Numbered from the stretch's first letter, positions 39,542 through 53,083 are shown. The stretch: 64,000 nt of DNA from Ophelia neglecta (GCA_965285935.1 OZ260662.1:35960001-36024000), one strand, 5' to 3'. Translations and numbers: made by a program. The notes: generated by a model not told the origin, from the sequence alone.

Positions 39542-41173
39542 TGTTTTTTGATATTGACAACGCGTGACAACCACTGGAATGGAGAAGAAAGCACGACATC
39601 ACCTTTCCTCGGCACAAAACCACAGGTTTTCGCACTGACCGATGCATGACACTGCTAATGTAATGTGCCACCCCCAGTCCCGGCCCCTGGTGCTACCTAA
39701 AATAATTGACCCTAATACTGATAATGCTATTACTACAGTACACATGAAAATAACTGTAAATTGAAAACAACAGTGGTAAAGAAAATATCATAATCGCTCA
39801 ATCTTGGCGGACAAGAAAATGCTTGGTGGTTGACATGAAAACGAGCCAAGTATCCCTGTTGCCGTCATTCAGGGACATTCACTACCTACATACTTGGCCG
39901 AAATTACAGACCAGACTAGTATCACTAGCTTGAAACAATGAAAACTTAGAAAAAAATATACAAAACAAACCTGTGAAGGTTGGCCTTTGAAATTCGCTTG
40001 AACTACTTCCCCTTTGAACTACTGAGACCTCCCTCCCTCGTACAAGGTGCATATCACAGATACCCATGATCATTAACACACAAAAAATCCTACCTGGACA
40101 GTTTTAATGGATTATTGTTTGATCCAGGTAAGCGGGACCCGTATTTTAAAATTCGTAATCATGACCCAGGCATTACATAAGCTGTCTTCATAATAAAATT
40201 GAAGTATCATGCAGCTTACTTTTATATTAGGATCCCACCGATGAGTTGACTATGTCCAGTTGACCGAATGCGATTAAAAAGACTGTTCATAATTATTAAT
40301 GACTCGGAAAGGGGGGGTGTGGATGAAATGGGTTTGTGAGTTAATACGTTAAGGCTGGAAGGGTGGTGGTATTGTATATATACTACTCTACTATTAAATA
40401 TCGCTGTTTGCCATGCATCAACCAGGAACTTTGGAGCAATGTATCAATATGTATTTTATCCTTTCATTGTTCACTTTAAAAAACCGATCATATGTTATTT
40501 TGTGATTTATTCATACAAGAGATGATTTGGTCATTCTGACCGTTTAAAACAAAGTAACCGAAATAGCTTATTGGCAAAGTGTTACATTTTGCCAAGGAAA
40601 GTCAAATCCGCGAAGAAACACTTTTGTAAGAATTATGAAACAAATTTGTTATATAAAATATCCCTTCCCATCCCTCGACATTCCTCTCGTATCATCCAAT
40701 CCTCTTCTTAGCGAAAATGACCTTCAACTGCTGACGTGAGGTACAGGGCAGAACCTATATCCGAATATACATATTATAGAGAACAAAATTACATGTGCAG
40801 AGAGTGTTGCCTAAAACAAAAATTCCACAAAATTTAGGCGAATTCTCCTGCCCCCCCCCCTCCCGTATCTGTCGCCACCCCCCACCCCCCCACCCCTTAG
40901 GAGGTGGAACGAACAGGCGGGTTCCTCAGAGATCACATGATTAGCCACAGTAGCTCTTCAGGGAACAACGACGAAGGTATAATTGCAGTTCTTCCGTCAA
41001 CACAGTCTGTTGTCATAAATCCATAGTAACTTTGAGCACGGGGAGAGGCGTTTGTTGTGCACGTTTGAGACAGCTCTTAGTGGCGTATTGGTCGTCGTTT
41101 TTAAACAAAGTTTTGTATAAGATTTGTCCTGAAAGATAAGCAGTTTTGATAGAAACGGAGGTAATATTTGAAT

Positions 41174-43015
41174 ATGATAGAATGGGAAAACCGGCTGGTT
41201 GAAGCTTGTGATAAAGGCGATAGCTCCACAGCGTATAAACTACTGAAACGTTACGTAGACCCCAACAGCCGGGACTCCCATGGAGTTTGTGCCTTGTCTA
41301 AGGCCGCAAAAGGTAGACGGTGAACTGTGTCTATTTAGATTTAGAATTAATTTTGGGACCACCTAGATAACCTTGTCTTTCTGGTCACTTCGCTATTGTT
41401 CAAATATTAAACACGTTCATACACGCTTTTACATATAAGAAAATACGGTAAAAAAGAAATAGCCCAACAACTGTATCACATTAAATCAATATTAGAAAAT
41501 AATGTTTCAATTGTATCATTAATACAAATATTATTGTGCTACATGCCTTTGTATAATCAGACCAATGATACTCCATGATAAAAGATATTTGATGGCCAGT
41601 AGCACCATGCCATGTAGATATATATATAGACCCTATGTCGTGCACTGTTATGCTGTCTATACATGCAATGCGTGCCTACGACCTTAAAGTAGGGTTATGA
41701 ATGGTCATTTATTATAGGGAGGGGGGGTCGCAGATCCTGGGGTCGGGGGGGGGGGAGGTCAATGAATGGTCACGAAATTATATGGGGGGGGGGTCAGAAA
41801 ATTGTATCACCCCTTCGAGGGGGGGGGGTCAAAACCTAAAAATAAAATTCTATATATGGGGAGAGGGGGTGGGGGGACTAGATAGGAGGGCTGCCTTTCC
41901 ACTTCAAGTTTGAATATCGGGGAATATGATGAACTCTATATATAAATCGAGAAAATCCCCTTATCTAGTTTCCGTTATATGATTGCGCTTTTGTTTCAGG
42001 TGGCCATTTTGACATTGTAAAACTATTGCTTAATGCGAATGCCGAGGTGGATAACTATGACAACCTACTGGTGACGCCCACACATTTGGCAGCTCAGGGT
42101 AGGTCTTCGCTGCCAGATGGATAACACTTTATCGTAACTTTATAAGCTGACCTTGTTACATCCATATTGAAAGTTCTTATTTAGATCAAGAGTAGCACTG
42201 ACTATCTATGGGATGGTTTCTTTCTTTTATAAGCATTTGAATTTTTCAAAATGTGACGTACATATAAAAATGTCTTGGATTGGATCGGAGGCCAGGTTAT
42301 ATACTACATCCTCTTCTGCAAGGATAGGCCTAATCATTGCGAACACCTATGCAATGCAGTGGCGTAGGAAGAGGGGGGGGGGGGGGGGGCATGGAATTAA
42401 AAAAGTGGAAGGCCATCATATGTTTTGACCCGCCCACCTTTTATGTTGCTGATGTAAAGTTGGCCCACTCACTTTGATTTTACTTCCTACGCCTCTGCAG
42501 TGTGTTATATGTCTAGGACATCACATTTTCTACTACCAATGGAACCATGAACGGAGATATATTTACCGCTTACAGCCTCGGATGTACAGGCCTTGTTTTA
42601 AATTTACATGAGTTTAAGTATCGATAATACGATTTTGAATGTCACGTACTGAGTAAAAATTTCATATGTATATGTATCAGCCTTTTTATTAATACGCCGA
42701 ATTCTGCTTTCAGCCCAACATTCAGAGGTGCTAAAACTCTTGGTGATAGCCGGTGCTAAACTGGACTTTGAAAACAAAGATGGATTCATTCCAATTCATT
42801 ATTGCAAACATAATTCGGAGGTGTGGGAAATTCTGCGTGATGCTTCCCTTGGCGACATGCCCGAGATAGAGGAGATTTCTGAGGTACCTGAAATACCAGA
42901 CTACGCCTTAGAAGGCGCACCAAAAAAGAAAAAAGGTGGCAAGAAAGGGAAGAAGGGCAAGGGGAAAAAGGGAAAGAAAGGAGGCAAGAAAAAAGGAAAA
43001 AAGAAGAAAAAATAA
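41174..43015 (+). CDS. Small ankyrin-repeat protein (179 aa) with a Lys/Gly-rich C-terminal tail
   Basis: Exons 41174-41312, 42000-42098, 42714-43015: MIEWENRLVEACDKGD...DPNSRDSHGVCALSKAAKGGHFDIVKLLLNANAEVDNYDNLLVTPTHLAAQAQHSEVLKLLVIAGAKLDFENKDGFIPIHY...PKKKKGGKKGKKGKGKKGKKGGKKKGKKKKK*. The 99-nt internal exon equals one ankyrin repeat. Confidence 0.9.
42357..42497. mobile_element. MITE, same family as 6654-6816, reverse orientation, in ankyrin gene intron 2
   Basis: TIRs CAGTGGCGTAGGAAG...CTTCCTACGCCTCTG; shared internal blocks ggccatcatatgttttg and gctgatgtaaagttggccc. Confidence 0.85.
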
Positions 43016-43857
43016 AAGTGATTAAAAACAATTGCGTAAAATAATAAAAGCAAGAATAAAGTTAAACCTTTTTTTCTAATTGAAATAAAAATCGCTAAGA
43101 ACCCAATAGCCTTGACTAACTCGGACTAGAATAAAATTGTATCTTTGGACATGGTGTTATTTAACCCCCCCCCCCCCCCACGCACCAAAATTATTATCTA
43201 ATGTCAGGACAAGATGAAATCCTCTTTCTTTATAAACTAAATCTTTCATGCAAATTCAATGAAATATTTTGGTACATAAATGTTATTTAGTATATTCCGA
43301 TCTCCAAACTAACGGGGGCTTTTACGAACGTGGAGCACAATTCCCATAAACCAGCTGCAGGCGCATATTGTGTATAGTGGGATCGAAATGGGGAGCCGCC
43401 AGTCAAAGAATGTACACTTTTGCTAAACTTCTTTTTTTAATTGATCAAAACTCCAAATAAAGTCAAACTAAGTCTAAATTAAGATTCATACTGCGTTGCC
43501 CAATTTAGACCTCACGGACTAATTCAAGAGTTTATGTCACTAATGTTTTATTTAATGGTTGACAATACATCGGGATATGATGAGACTACACATAGTGACA
43601 AATATTCAAGTTAAAAATAATCGTCTACAGCTATTTATAGCCTATATATTATAATTGCAAACAATCCTCTATAGAAACAAAGTTAATAAGTAAGCGCTTT
43701 TGGCGGAGTAGCTGTTCTACCTGTTTGACAACATAAATAAATTGTCTGCCTTTCGTAAATTTATTGGGAGTATGGGCAGAAGCAGGCCAATATGTATAAA
43801 CACTCTTTACGTGCCTATAGTTCCATAGTTTAAACGTTTATATATATAGTTAAAGCA

Positions 43858-46701
43858 TCATTTAGCTGACCAACCGCCGTCCATGACAACTGGAACACCG
43901 GTCATTTGACTGGCCGAGTCTGAACACAAGAAAACGACCATGTCTGCCAAGTGTTCAATACTGACCGGCGCCTTGCTTGGATGGAACTTGGCAAGAAATT
44001 CCGTCTGTAAATAGGAAACAGTCCTTAAGAAATTTATATTGTCACTGGCGTTGTGAGAATAACAATAATCTGAGTATGAAACTGATGTTTTGATGTAACA
44101 CTGTTATATATGGATGTTGAGTCCCACGTGGGAAAGATCAGGGATTGAATACTAAACCAAATATTAATATTGAACTAACCTGTGCATCTTCATAAGGCAG
44201 TTCCTCCTTTTCCGCCAATGCTTTCACTTGAGTCTTCAAAACTATTCAAGGTTTAAATAATAAAACATTAAGGCATATTGAAGGCACAGAAGGATATTTA
44301 TTATATAGGCCTACATTATAGCAATCGATTATTGAGCTCTCTACACTCGATATTGGCCAGATCTTGAGATGACACGTTGAATCCATTATTTAAGAGTTCT
44401 TGGCTCACATGCATAAGAAATGTGCACATATGCTATAGGTCCATGTCATACTATTAATTGTAACTTATTCGCTTGTTGTAATATTACTAGTTCTCAGTTG
44501 GCTTTTTTTTTGTACTTTACACGGTCCTTTCTATAACCCCCCCCCCCCCCCACCCCATCCCACCAGGCACCTGTCAACAATGTAAGTTTTATAGCTAGAC
44601 ATTTAAAAACACGATACAACTTATGACTCAAGAGAACTCTGAGTAGCCACAATACTGCTATCATGTCAAATAGTTTAAAAATCAGTCCCGAGGTAAACCT
44701 ACTCGGAGTGTCGACATATCCCGGACAGAGGGCGTTACAGGTGACTCCCGTGCCGGCCGTCTCGAGGCCCACCACCTTGGTCAGGCCCAGGATACCGTGC
44801 TTGGCCGAGACATAGGCACTCTTGTAAGGGGAGGCTTTCAAACCGTGGACAGACGACACATTGACTATGCGACCCCAACCTAGAAATGTCGAGAATGAGA
44901 AAGAATGACCTGTAAAATATTATCAGGCTGATTTGAATAAGAATAAAACCTGAGTTCAGATAATCATCGTAAATCGAGTATAAGATTCCTATGTTTAAAT
45001 CTTTGCTTCGGCAAAAAAATAAGTGGAGATGACAATTATATATTTATATATAAATAGGCAACTAAGACGGAAAATGCTGTTTAGATTTATAAATACAAAT
45101 GTATTGATACAGTTTTGACTGGGCCCAATATACCTTTTTCCTTCATTCGAGGCAATAAATGTTTAATAATGTGGAAAGGAGCAGACAGCATGACTGCTAT
45201 CATATCATTCCATTTGGACTCTTCAAATTCTTCAATTGGGCTGACATGCTGGAAGCCTTCAGAAGATAAAAAGTTGGTGATGAACATATAAAACCATCTT
45301 CTTTCGGGTACAAGCAATGGTTATAACACTTATGCTGTTTCAGTGGACGATATTTTTTTTAAAGCAAAAAAACTTCTGGTTTCCCTTTCAAATTAGTTTA
45401 CCTGCGTTATTGACTACAATATCAACACCCCCGGGGAATATCTGCGCTGACGATTCACACATTGATTTGATTTCTGCAACCTTGGTGAGATCAGCAGACA
45501 CGTACTCAGCTCGACACTGGTATTGTCTGGAAAATTTACACATCCAAAACATTACACAAATCATAAACATTAACGGATAGCCCTAAGCTACACGTCAGAT
45601 TGATGCTATCTCATTCAAAAGGCTATACTAAACAATATATTTGGCGAAATGATATTTGAAAAAAAAGGTATGGCTATATGGAATATTCTCCCGTTAATCC
45701 ATTTAAGTGTTTACGAACAGGTAGGTAGTGACTTTTAAAAAGGACATTGCAGTTGAATACATGTCCATTGGCACTGAAAGGCATATTTTTATCAGTGAAT
45801 GGTCGAACCTGTTTCCATGGTGAGACGGATTAATAGACATACCGAAATAAGTGTATGCATGCTTAATAACAGTAATTGTAATTAATTGAGTTTGGTTGTC
45901 TCAATTTATGAGCAGCTTTCGTGCCAGCCATTGTCTAAGTGGGTCTTATAGAACCATTCAACTCACTTTGCGAAGTCATCTTGTAATGACTTGATGTAAC
46001 TCTCCTCACCAAATCCGGTCAGAATAACGTCACAACCCCTGGCGGCCAGACCACGCGCTATTCCCAGCCCTATACCACTTGTGCTTCCGGTCACCAGAGC
46101 CACCTTGTTCTTTAAATCTGAAAAACATGACTTCTTGAACAGAACGAATGATGCATTAAAACGCAAAGTAGATCTTGATGTTTCTCATGTGGGTGATAAT
46201 ACCTAATAAAACTGCACGGGTGGAGTCAAACTGAGGCTGCTCGTCGAGTTCGATGCACTGCCCGGATATTAGAATCCGAAATGAAAATCACACAACCCCC
46301 CACCCCCACCCACCCACCCCCACCCCCCCCCCCTCCCTAACCCCGCCCTAGTCTCAATATAGGTCAGAGGGAGGGAGGGTCAAAACGATCCCTCTAAAAT
46401 AAAGTTTCCTAGAACAGGGGGGTGTAAAAGACCCTTTTTTGCTAAATTGGGGGTCTAAAAGATCGAGCTCATGGCGAAAAAAAGGGCCAAAACGCCCGCA
46501 CATAGCCGTACTAGCCTTATATGGAAGGATCCCCCCCCCCCCCCAGGGTAACTAATGAACGGTCCCGAAGGAACAGTCACGTCATGTGATGCAGCGAGTG
46601 GTGCCCATGCCCGAGGGCCCATTACATGTTTATCCCAGTTTATATATCGATATATCTGAATATATTATGTACTTTGTGTTCTTACCTGAATGTTGTGCCA
46701 T
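43858..46701 (-). CDS. D-3-hydroxybutyrate dehydrogenase, bacterial-type short-chain dehydrogenase/reductase
   Basis: Exons 46701-46686, 46117-45967, 45526-45402, 45256-45134, 44879-44703, 44241-44180, 44004-43858. Motifs TGSTSGIG, NNAGFQHVSPIEEF, SSVHG, PYKSAYVSAKHG (YxxxK), CPGYVDTP, MDGGW. Confidence 0.93.
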
Positions 46702-49084
46702 TTTATTGTCGAACGCATAAACGTCATAAACATCAATGCCGTGTAGGCCTACATACATTAAGTGTACGTCGAGCCACCTTGAATGAAATCGGGGAATTCA
46801 AGTTGAACGACCGACTGTTCAAATAGGGGTCATACTTACTTGAAGTTTTCAATATGCTGCATTCGTACGGCCAAGTATATTATCCGGACTGGACACATAG
46901 AACTAGGCTATAGTGTTGCAATGCGGTTGCACACAACTACTAAGCACGGTGCACATGCACAATATACACAGACTGGGTAGTGCAGGGGTTGTGTTATGAT
47001 GCCTTAAAGTGACTACTTCGTTCCAATTTTAAAATAGTGGTACAGTTGGTATATTAAAATCTATATACAGCATTGTTTTCAAATGTGGCCAAAAGTCTAC
47101 ATTCAATAATGTGATATTAAAAAGCTATAAATAAAACAACAATTATTTTACCACTTCTATCCATGTTACCACCAGCCAGATTGGTTTTGCGGGGGAGTTA
47201 GTTTCTCCGATAGGCCTATCGATGTGCTAGTCCACCTAGGAGCCTGGGGCCAGCTTTTGGTCTAGGTGTGCGATCCAGACTTGGAAGACGGGCGGAAGGA
47301 CAAACAGACGCCCGAAAGGACTGACACAATTCTTTTATGGTTCTATTTTATCAATGCAAAAACTCCCTTTCTCCAAAACAACTTGACATAGATCTATGTT
47401 TTTATTATTCCCCACGAACTATTAATTATGATAAAAAATAAACATTTAAAATTCATAACGCCCAATTTTTCTAAATAATGAACACTCCTAAACTGTGATT
47501 AGAGACTTAAACACTAAATTAAAAGCTCTTTATTGGAATTACCATTTATTGGCATGATCAAACAGACTGTACATTTGTCATGATATACTGCGCACAGCAC
47601 ATTGACGAGGCCGACATGTACAATAGTAATTACGGTAATTAATAACAATCAGCCTTTGCACATCATTAAGATGCCTAGCTCGTATTAAAAAGTGCAAGGT
47701 AAAAACATAATATCAGCTTATATGTAAGCCACTTACCAGTAATTAATATCGTCAAGCACCGTAAGCATTGTTCTGGTCTCAATCCAAGAGTGTTTTGAGT
47801 GGCATGGTTTTTCAAAACACGCACTTGCAAGTTCCAGGTTACGAAGGGCTTTGAATTTTCAAAGCATGACTCAACATGGTGGTAAAAAAATGATCTTTTT
47901 TGCGGCTTAAATAATATCTTACCGAAACGAGACACAAGCAGGACATTGTCATTTCTTTATCGTTATGTAAACGTGCAAATAGATTAAACAAGTACAAGTT
48001 TTTAGCCTTTTTTAGCCTCCCAGAGGCCAAAAATTGAACCCTTTCAGGACAACTGATAAAAGTATAGAGGCGTAACAGATGGCAGATAAGCAAAATTATT
48101 AATAAATTCAACAGCAAGTCAACTCGATTTCGTTCAGAAATACTACAAAAAGGTAGCAATTTCTAGAAAATGTAAACTTAAAAAGTATAATTGGAGAAAT
48201 TTTATTGTCCAAAAACAATTGTTGACAATTTATGAAACAAAAATCAAGTACGTGTCGCTCTGCTCGAATCTTCAGAAATTCATATTCTTTGATTCAGGAC
48301 ATTTTTTTATTACTGTAAGGTCCACTGGCTCATTACAAAATGTCAATAACAAATACGTTTATGACGATGCATATAATAGTTCCTGCCGAAATAAAAGTCT
48401 TCTGAGGAGGAGCTACAAATGCACTGGAATTGAACGAGTTGGAAGTATTTTGTGCCAACTATAATATTAAAACGATGTGTACGCAAAGTTCTCTTGACCA
48501 GCGTTTATTCCGATATATTGAGTATGTGTATACATAACTAAGCAGCCGACTTAATAATGAGATGATATCATGAACACAATTTGTAAATATATACATGTAT
48601 CTCATTTGTTTTTATTTGTTGATCGCGATAATAGCGTGTTCTTAGGGTTTTCCAATGGCCTTCCTTATAGAATCTCTATAATCTTGCTACCACTAATTAT
48701 CTTAGAAGATTATAATTACAATACGGAGATGATATATATCACTAAAAGATCAGTATTATGTGCCCATGATTTGACACTTGTCACTCTTGGCAAATTAGCC
48801 CTGCAACGACCTGTAGCGAACCAAAAGAGGCCCGTGTCCAAAGCAGCAATCCAAAGAAAACCTTTTGTTAAGAATAATATCAATAGCAGTAGAATTATGT
48901 AGCGTTCATTAATATTCTAAGCATGTCGAGTTCAAATGCACTTCACAATAAGATGTGACGAAAAAATACTTTCTTTGAAGTGGCAGTCAGATTTAAATAA
49001 ATGACTCATTCAATTTTACTAATGTTTGCGATCGAGTTTCATTTATCACAGATAAAAAGGCACAGATAAATAAGCACTACCGGT

Positions 49085-49300
49085 CTCCATAAGCCAAGCT
49101 TTACAAATGGGTTTCATTTGCTTTTTGAAAGAACCTACCGACTCTGCAGATCTTACATGAGCCGGTAAGGAGTCTCGAACCGTATGATCTAAAAGATCGA
49201 TCACAATCTCTAGACAGTCTCGATTTCGGTATAACAAGTGGTGTCTTAAACTGAGACCGTAGAGCACGAGTAGGTTCGTATCTCTGCAGCAGCTCGGAAA
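49085..49300 (-). mobile_element. 3'-end fragment of an L2/CR1 LINE just downstream of the kelch ORF
   Basis: DSLPAHVRSAESVGSFKKQMK resembles the WNxLPxxxRxxxSxxxFKxxLK C-terminus of L2/CR1 ORF2. Confidence 0.6.
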
Positions 49301-49361
49301 TGTTAATTCATAGCCAATAGCGCACATGTAATTGTGATGAAAATGGCGTATACAAATATAT

Positions 49362-50312
49362 TTATAAAGTGACGTAGAACATATCCTCTTGTCTTTCATT
49401 AGATGACATATTTCCTCCATAAACTACAAAAGATCCACCAGAGGTCACTGCGGCAGACAGCCATCCCCTCTCTTGAGGTACATCGCCCTCTACTTCCGCT
49501 TTCCGCCAGCCCCGCTCTGGGTTCGTACATTCGTACACATATAATGCTTTTGAAAAAGTGCCGGCACCCGCGTGGCCAAGTGGCGTTGGGTCGACTTCTC
49601 CCCCAAATATAACAAGGATTCCTTTTACATTGCCATGACCAAACACACTTATAGGAGGAATGTTTGGTACCGACTCAATTTCTTCCCAGCTTCTTGTACT
49701 AATTGAATACTTGAACATATCATTCAATTCTACTCCGCCGAAGCCACCGATGACGTAAAGTGAGCCGTCGACATGCACGAGACCGGCGCCACCACGTGGC
49801 TTAATGAGATCACAGGAAGGCAGCCTCTGCCACACAGCCGTGGATGGTTCAAAGCAGTGGAGGTCATTTAAACGTTCTTTTCCGCAGCCACCAAATAAAA
49901 ATAACCGTTCACCATCAGATACCATCGAATGGTAGCTTCTGGCTTCCGGACGATCGCCTTTGGTACATAGTTCCTCCCATGAATTTGTGGCCGTATCAAA
50001 TACATTGAGGTCGTCAAGGGCACCTTCTCCCATGGCTATGCCAGTCCTACCCCCGAAAACAAAAAGTTTTTGTCCGATTGACGCCATTGCTGGTCCAACC
50101 CTTGCAACAGGAGCATTCTTTCCTTCATGTAGGCGACTCCATTTCTGATTGCCGAGGTCGTAACTGTACATATGATTGTCGACCGGTACGCGAGGGATCA
50201 TTTCCCCTCCATGCAAATAGACCGTTTGTCCAATAGCTGACAGGCCATAGCTGCTTCTTGGGCCTGGCTTCTCTCCCTTTGTGCCTGCAGTGGTTGCTAA
50301 ACGGTGCCACAT
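49362..50312 (-). CDS. Kelch beta-propeller protein, nitrile-specifier-protein-like (316 aa, single coding exon)
   Basis: Six GG-containing blades (LHGGE, VFGGR, LFGGC, VIGGF, IFGGE, VYGGN). HGGEMIPRVPVD and FGGEVDPTPLGHAGAGTF resemble plant specifier proteins and their fungal homologues. Confidence 0.9.
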   Translation of the reverse strand: MWHRLATTAGTKGEKPGPRSSYGLSAIGQTVYLHGGEMIPRVPVDNHMYSYDLGNQKWSRLHEGKNAPVARVGPAMASIGQKLFVFGGRTGIAMGEGALDDLNVFDTATNSWEELCTKGDRPEARSYHSMVSDGERLFLFGGCGKERLNDLHCFEPSTAVWQRLPSCDLIKPRGGAGLVHVDGSLYVIGGFGGVELNDMFKYSISTRSWEEIESVPNIPPISVFGHGNVKGILVIFGGEVDPTPLGHAGAGTFSKALYVYECTNPERGWRKAEVEGDVPQERGWLSAAVTSGGSFVVYGGNMSSNERQEDMFYVTL

Positions 50313-52400
50313 ACTGAAACATGAACCAATACAGTTCGCTAGCTTTCTGTATTTGTGAGAAATGTCCCTGATTCGTGTTCAAAATGCCCTGCTCGTAAGT
50401 CACGTACCAGTTGTCTTATCAACGAGACCATTAATCACATACTAGCAACTGAATCCTGTCTACTGTAAGGACAAGTTTGCTTAGCGCACTGGCATGTGCG
50501 GTTTGGGAACCGCATACTACTAAGTTTTAATACAAGGTCTAAACTAAGAGTTCAACCATGCAGTAATGGCTGGATTGATCGTGAACAAAGATCAAAATCA
50601 GCAGTTGGAGTATATGCGAATAGACATAATCTCAGTTTCAATTGTTATAATATTTTTATCTATGTGTAAACTTTCCATATTTAAGTGAATCACTTGACCC
50701 TAAGGCTTGCGGATATTATTGGGAATATCAAGACAAAACTTAACTAATATACCTAATTTAAATAACATGCGCGAACGTAAGGTCCATTTAGTAATTCTAC
50801 TGCGCCAAGGACAACTCTTGGATTGATGTTGTTTTAGAAGTAAAATGCAGTAAATTTACACCCCTATCCCGGCGCACTTTGCTTTCTAGTAGGCTTATGA
50901 TGGCATCCCACGCGTGTAAGATTTAATTCGGACAGCGATGTATAGGCCTAGTATATAGATCTACACTGAGGCCTAGAACATATGTGATTCTTGAACTTGG
51001 TTAAGATAATGTTTGGTCCAAAAAACTCCTAAAGATAGTTAGCCTCATTTACACATTTAAATGGAGTATCTTTGAGACCATCATATCAGGGGATACACCA
51101 ATTTTCCCGCTAGATCCCACCAAGGGCGTGCAGCTTTTAGGGGAATTACAAGTCAAACGATTTTGACTAAACCAAGCAACAAGCTTATCGGAGCTTGAAG
51201 TGACCTTTGAACTCGGTTTAAAGTGTCACCCAGAGTATAGGCCTATATTGCAGTGTCGTCTGCGAATAGATGATACAATGACCTTGTAAAGGCAGTTGGT
51301 AAATCGAAATCAAATTTGCCCTAGTAAGGATCCCTAAGGAACATCATAGACGATTTCGACAAACTCGGAATGTTGTCCATTAATACAAACGGCCTGCTTT
51401 CTGTTACTCAAGTATATAACTAGTGAACCATCTATGAAGCATAATTTTTATACCATTATGTTGTAACTTGGTCAAAAGAATATCGTAATCAATTGTATCG
51501 AAACACTTATGGAGATAAAGAGACTCATTTCCCCAACAAGTCCCTCAATTATACCATCGACGAGGTCAAATCTTTTCGTTACGATAAAAAATTCGAATCT
51601 GCACTGTAGTCTAACTTTCACTGTAAAAACTGCATCTAAAGAGTAGCCGGTGTAAGCATCTCGGCCATCAGAAATGATATGAGGCAGGTCGACGGCCGAC
51701 CAAAATTATGCTGTCAATGAAACTCGTATAAAACTATATATAATGTTCACCGTTTAAGCCTAGAAAAATTGAAAGGAGATTTTCAAAAATAATAACTTTT
51801 TTCAAATACCGTGCTTAAGTGACGCTCTCTTGTATTTTACGTGGGAATATCCACACCACAATGTGAGTTTTATTTTTTCGGAGCAACATGTAAAATGAGT
51901 TTGAAGTGATAATTATGTTACAGACTCGAACAATTAGTCATTTGCTTATAATATTCTCATTTCATATATGATTACGCGTAATTCACGTCATATTAACGTA
52001 AGGACTGTATATGGAAACCTGACGTGAAATTTACGTAAACAGGTTCAAACATATCTGAATCAGTTGGTAGAGAAACTTGAACTTGATCCAAGCACAAATA
52101 ATGTGAGCATAAGAGATTTAAGCAGGTTTTGACCCAACAGATAATCAGATTGACACAATTATCATTTGTAACCGCACCACGCAAAGGTTTCGTGTCTTAC
52201 GTTAGACGGTGGAATGTGATTCCGGCTCTGTTTTTCATTTGAAAGCGACATTACTTGAAAATGTTAGTAAGTAACTTAAACATGGACATACCATACGGCA
52301 GATTATCAAATATTGAAACACATTTTACATGTTATCACATTACACGAAATCCTTGTAAATATTACTTAAGCAGTTGTTTTGGAGTAATCTTTTTTTTTTG

Positions 52401-53083
52401 TTACTTACAATATACATCGTATAGATGGGTTGCCGAATTTATCACTTTTCATGAGTTTGCATTTGCCGCTTGCAGTGGGACGCTTACGTCACTGCATTGG
52501 ATACTGTTGTTAGGGAGATTCCGTTCGGATGCCACTCCGCGCGTCGCCAATTGGCTGGACTGCCGTTATGACGTCTTAGACTAGACTAGATTAATCGCCA
52601 ATCCCTTCTATCGTGGACTGGGGATTCGGCAGTTTGCCATCTCCGCAACACTCTCTCAATAGTTGAAATTGAAATGAATAGGGCTTTGGAGATTTCTCGA
52701 TGAGTGTATCCGTTCATGTGTCTATGGTAGACTTCTCGCCACCGTAAATCGGTACACAGTGCATTCATCCTGGAATGTACTCGTACTCATACACCAGTAA
52801 CTATTGGTAAAATCCACTCAGATTGCTGAATCAGTTGACAGGCCTACTCTCCAGTCCGTAAACCAGCTGTTGATCAGGTGAAGGGATTCCCCGATAAATC
52901 TAGTCTAAGACGTCATAACGGCAATCCAGCCGATTGGCGACGCGCCGAGTGACATCCGAACGGAATCTCCCTAACAACAGTATCCAATGCAGTGACGTAC
53001 GCGTTCCACTGCTAGCGGCAAATGCAAACTCATGAAAAGCGATAAATTCGGCGACCCATCTATACGACGTATATTGTAAGTAA
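52401..53083 (-). mobile_element. Internally deleted DNA transposon with ~195-bp TIRs and a Tc1/IS630-like HTH fragment
   Basis: 52401-~52597 is the reverse complement of ~52892-53083. The enclosed ORF 52768-52586, MNALCTDLRWREVYHRHMNGYTHREISKALFISISTIERVLRRW, is a helix-turn-helix typical of transposase N-termini. No catalytic domain. Confidence 0.85.

Noticed and set aside
47003-48500. Possible TTAA-flanked non-autonomous transposon upstream of the dehydrogenase (similar repeat-like tracts at ~2620-3290 and ~51000-51600)
   Set aside because: Could not identify convincing matching termini or a second copy within the window.
31536-50312. Metabolic gene cluster (monocarboxylate transporter + hydroxybutyrate dehydrogenase + nucleoside hydrolase + specifier-like kelch)
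   Set aside because: The transporter is truncated, its substrate is unknown, an unrelated ankyrin gene intervenes, and there is no shared regulatory evidence; adjacency alone is not support.
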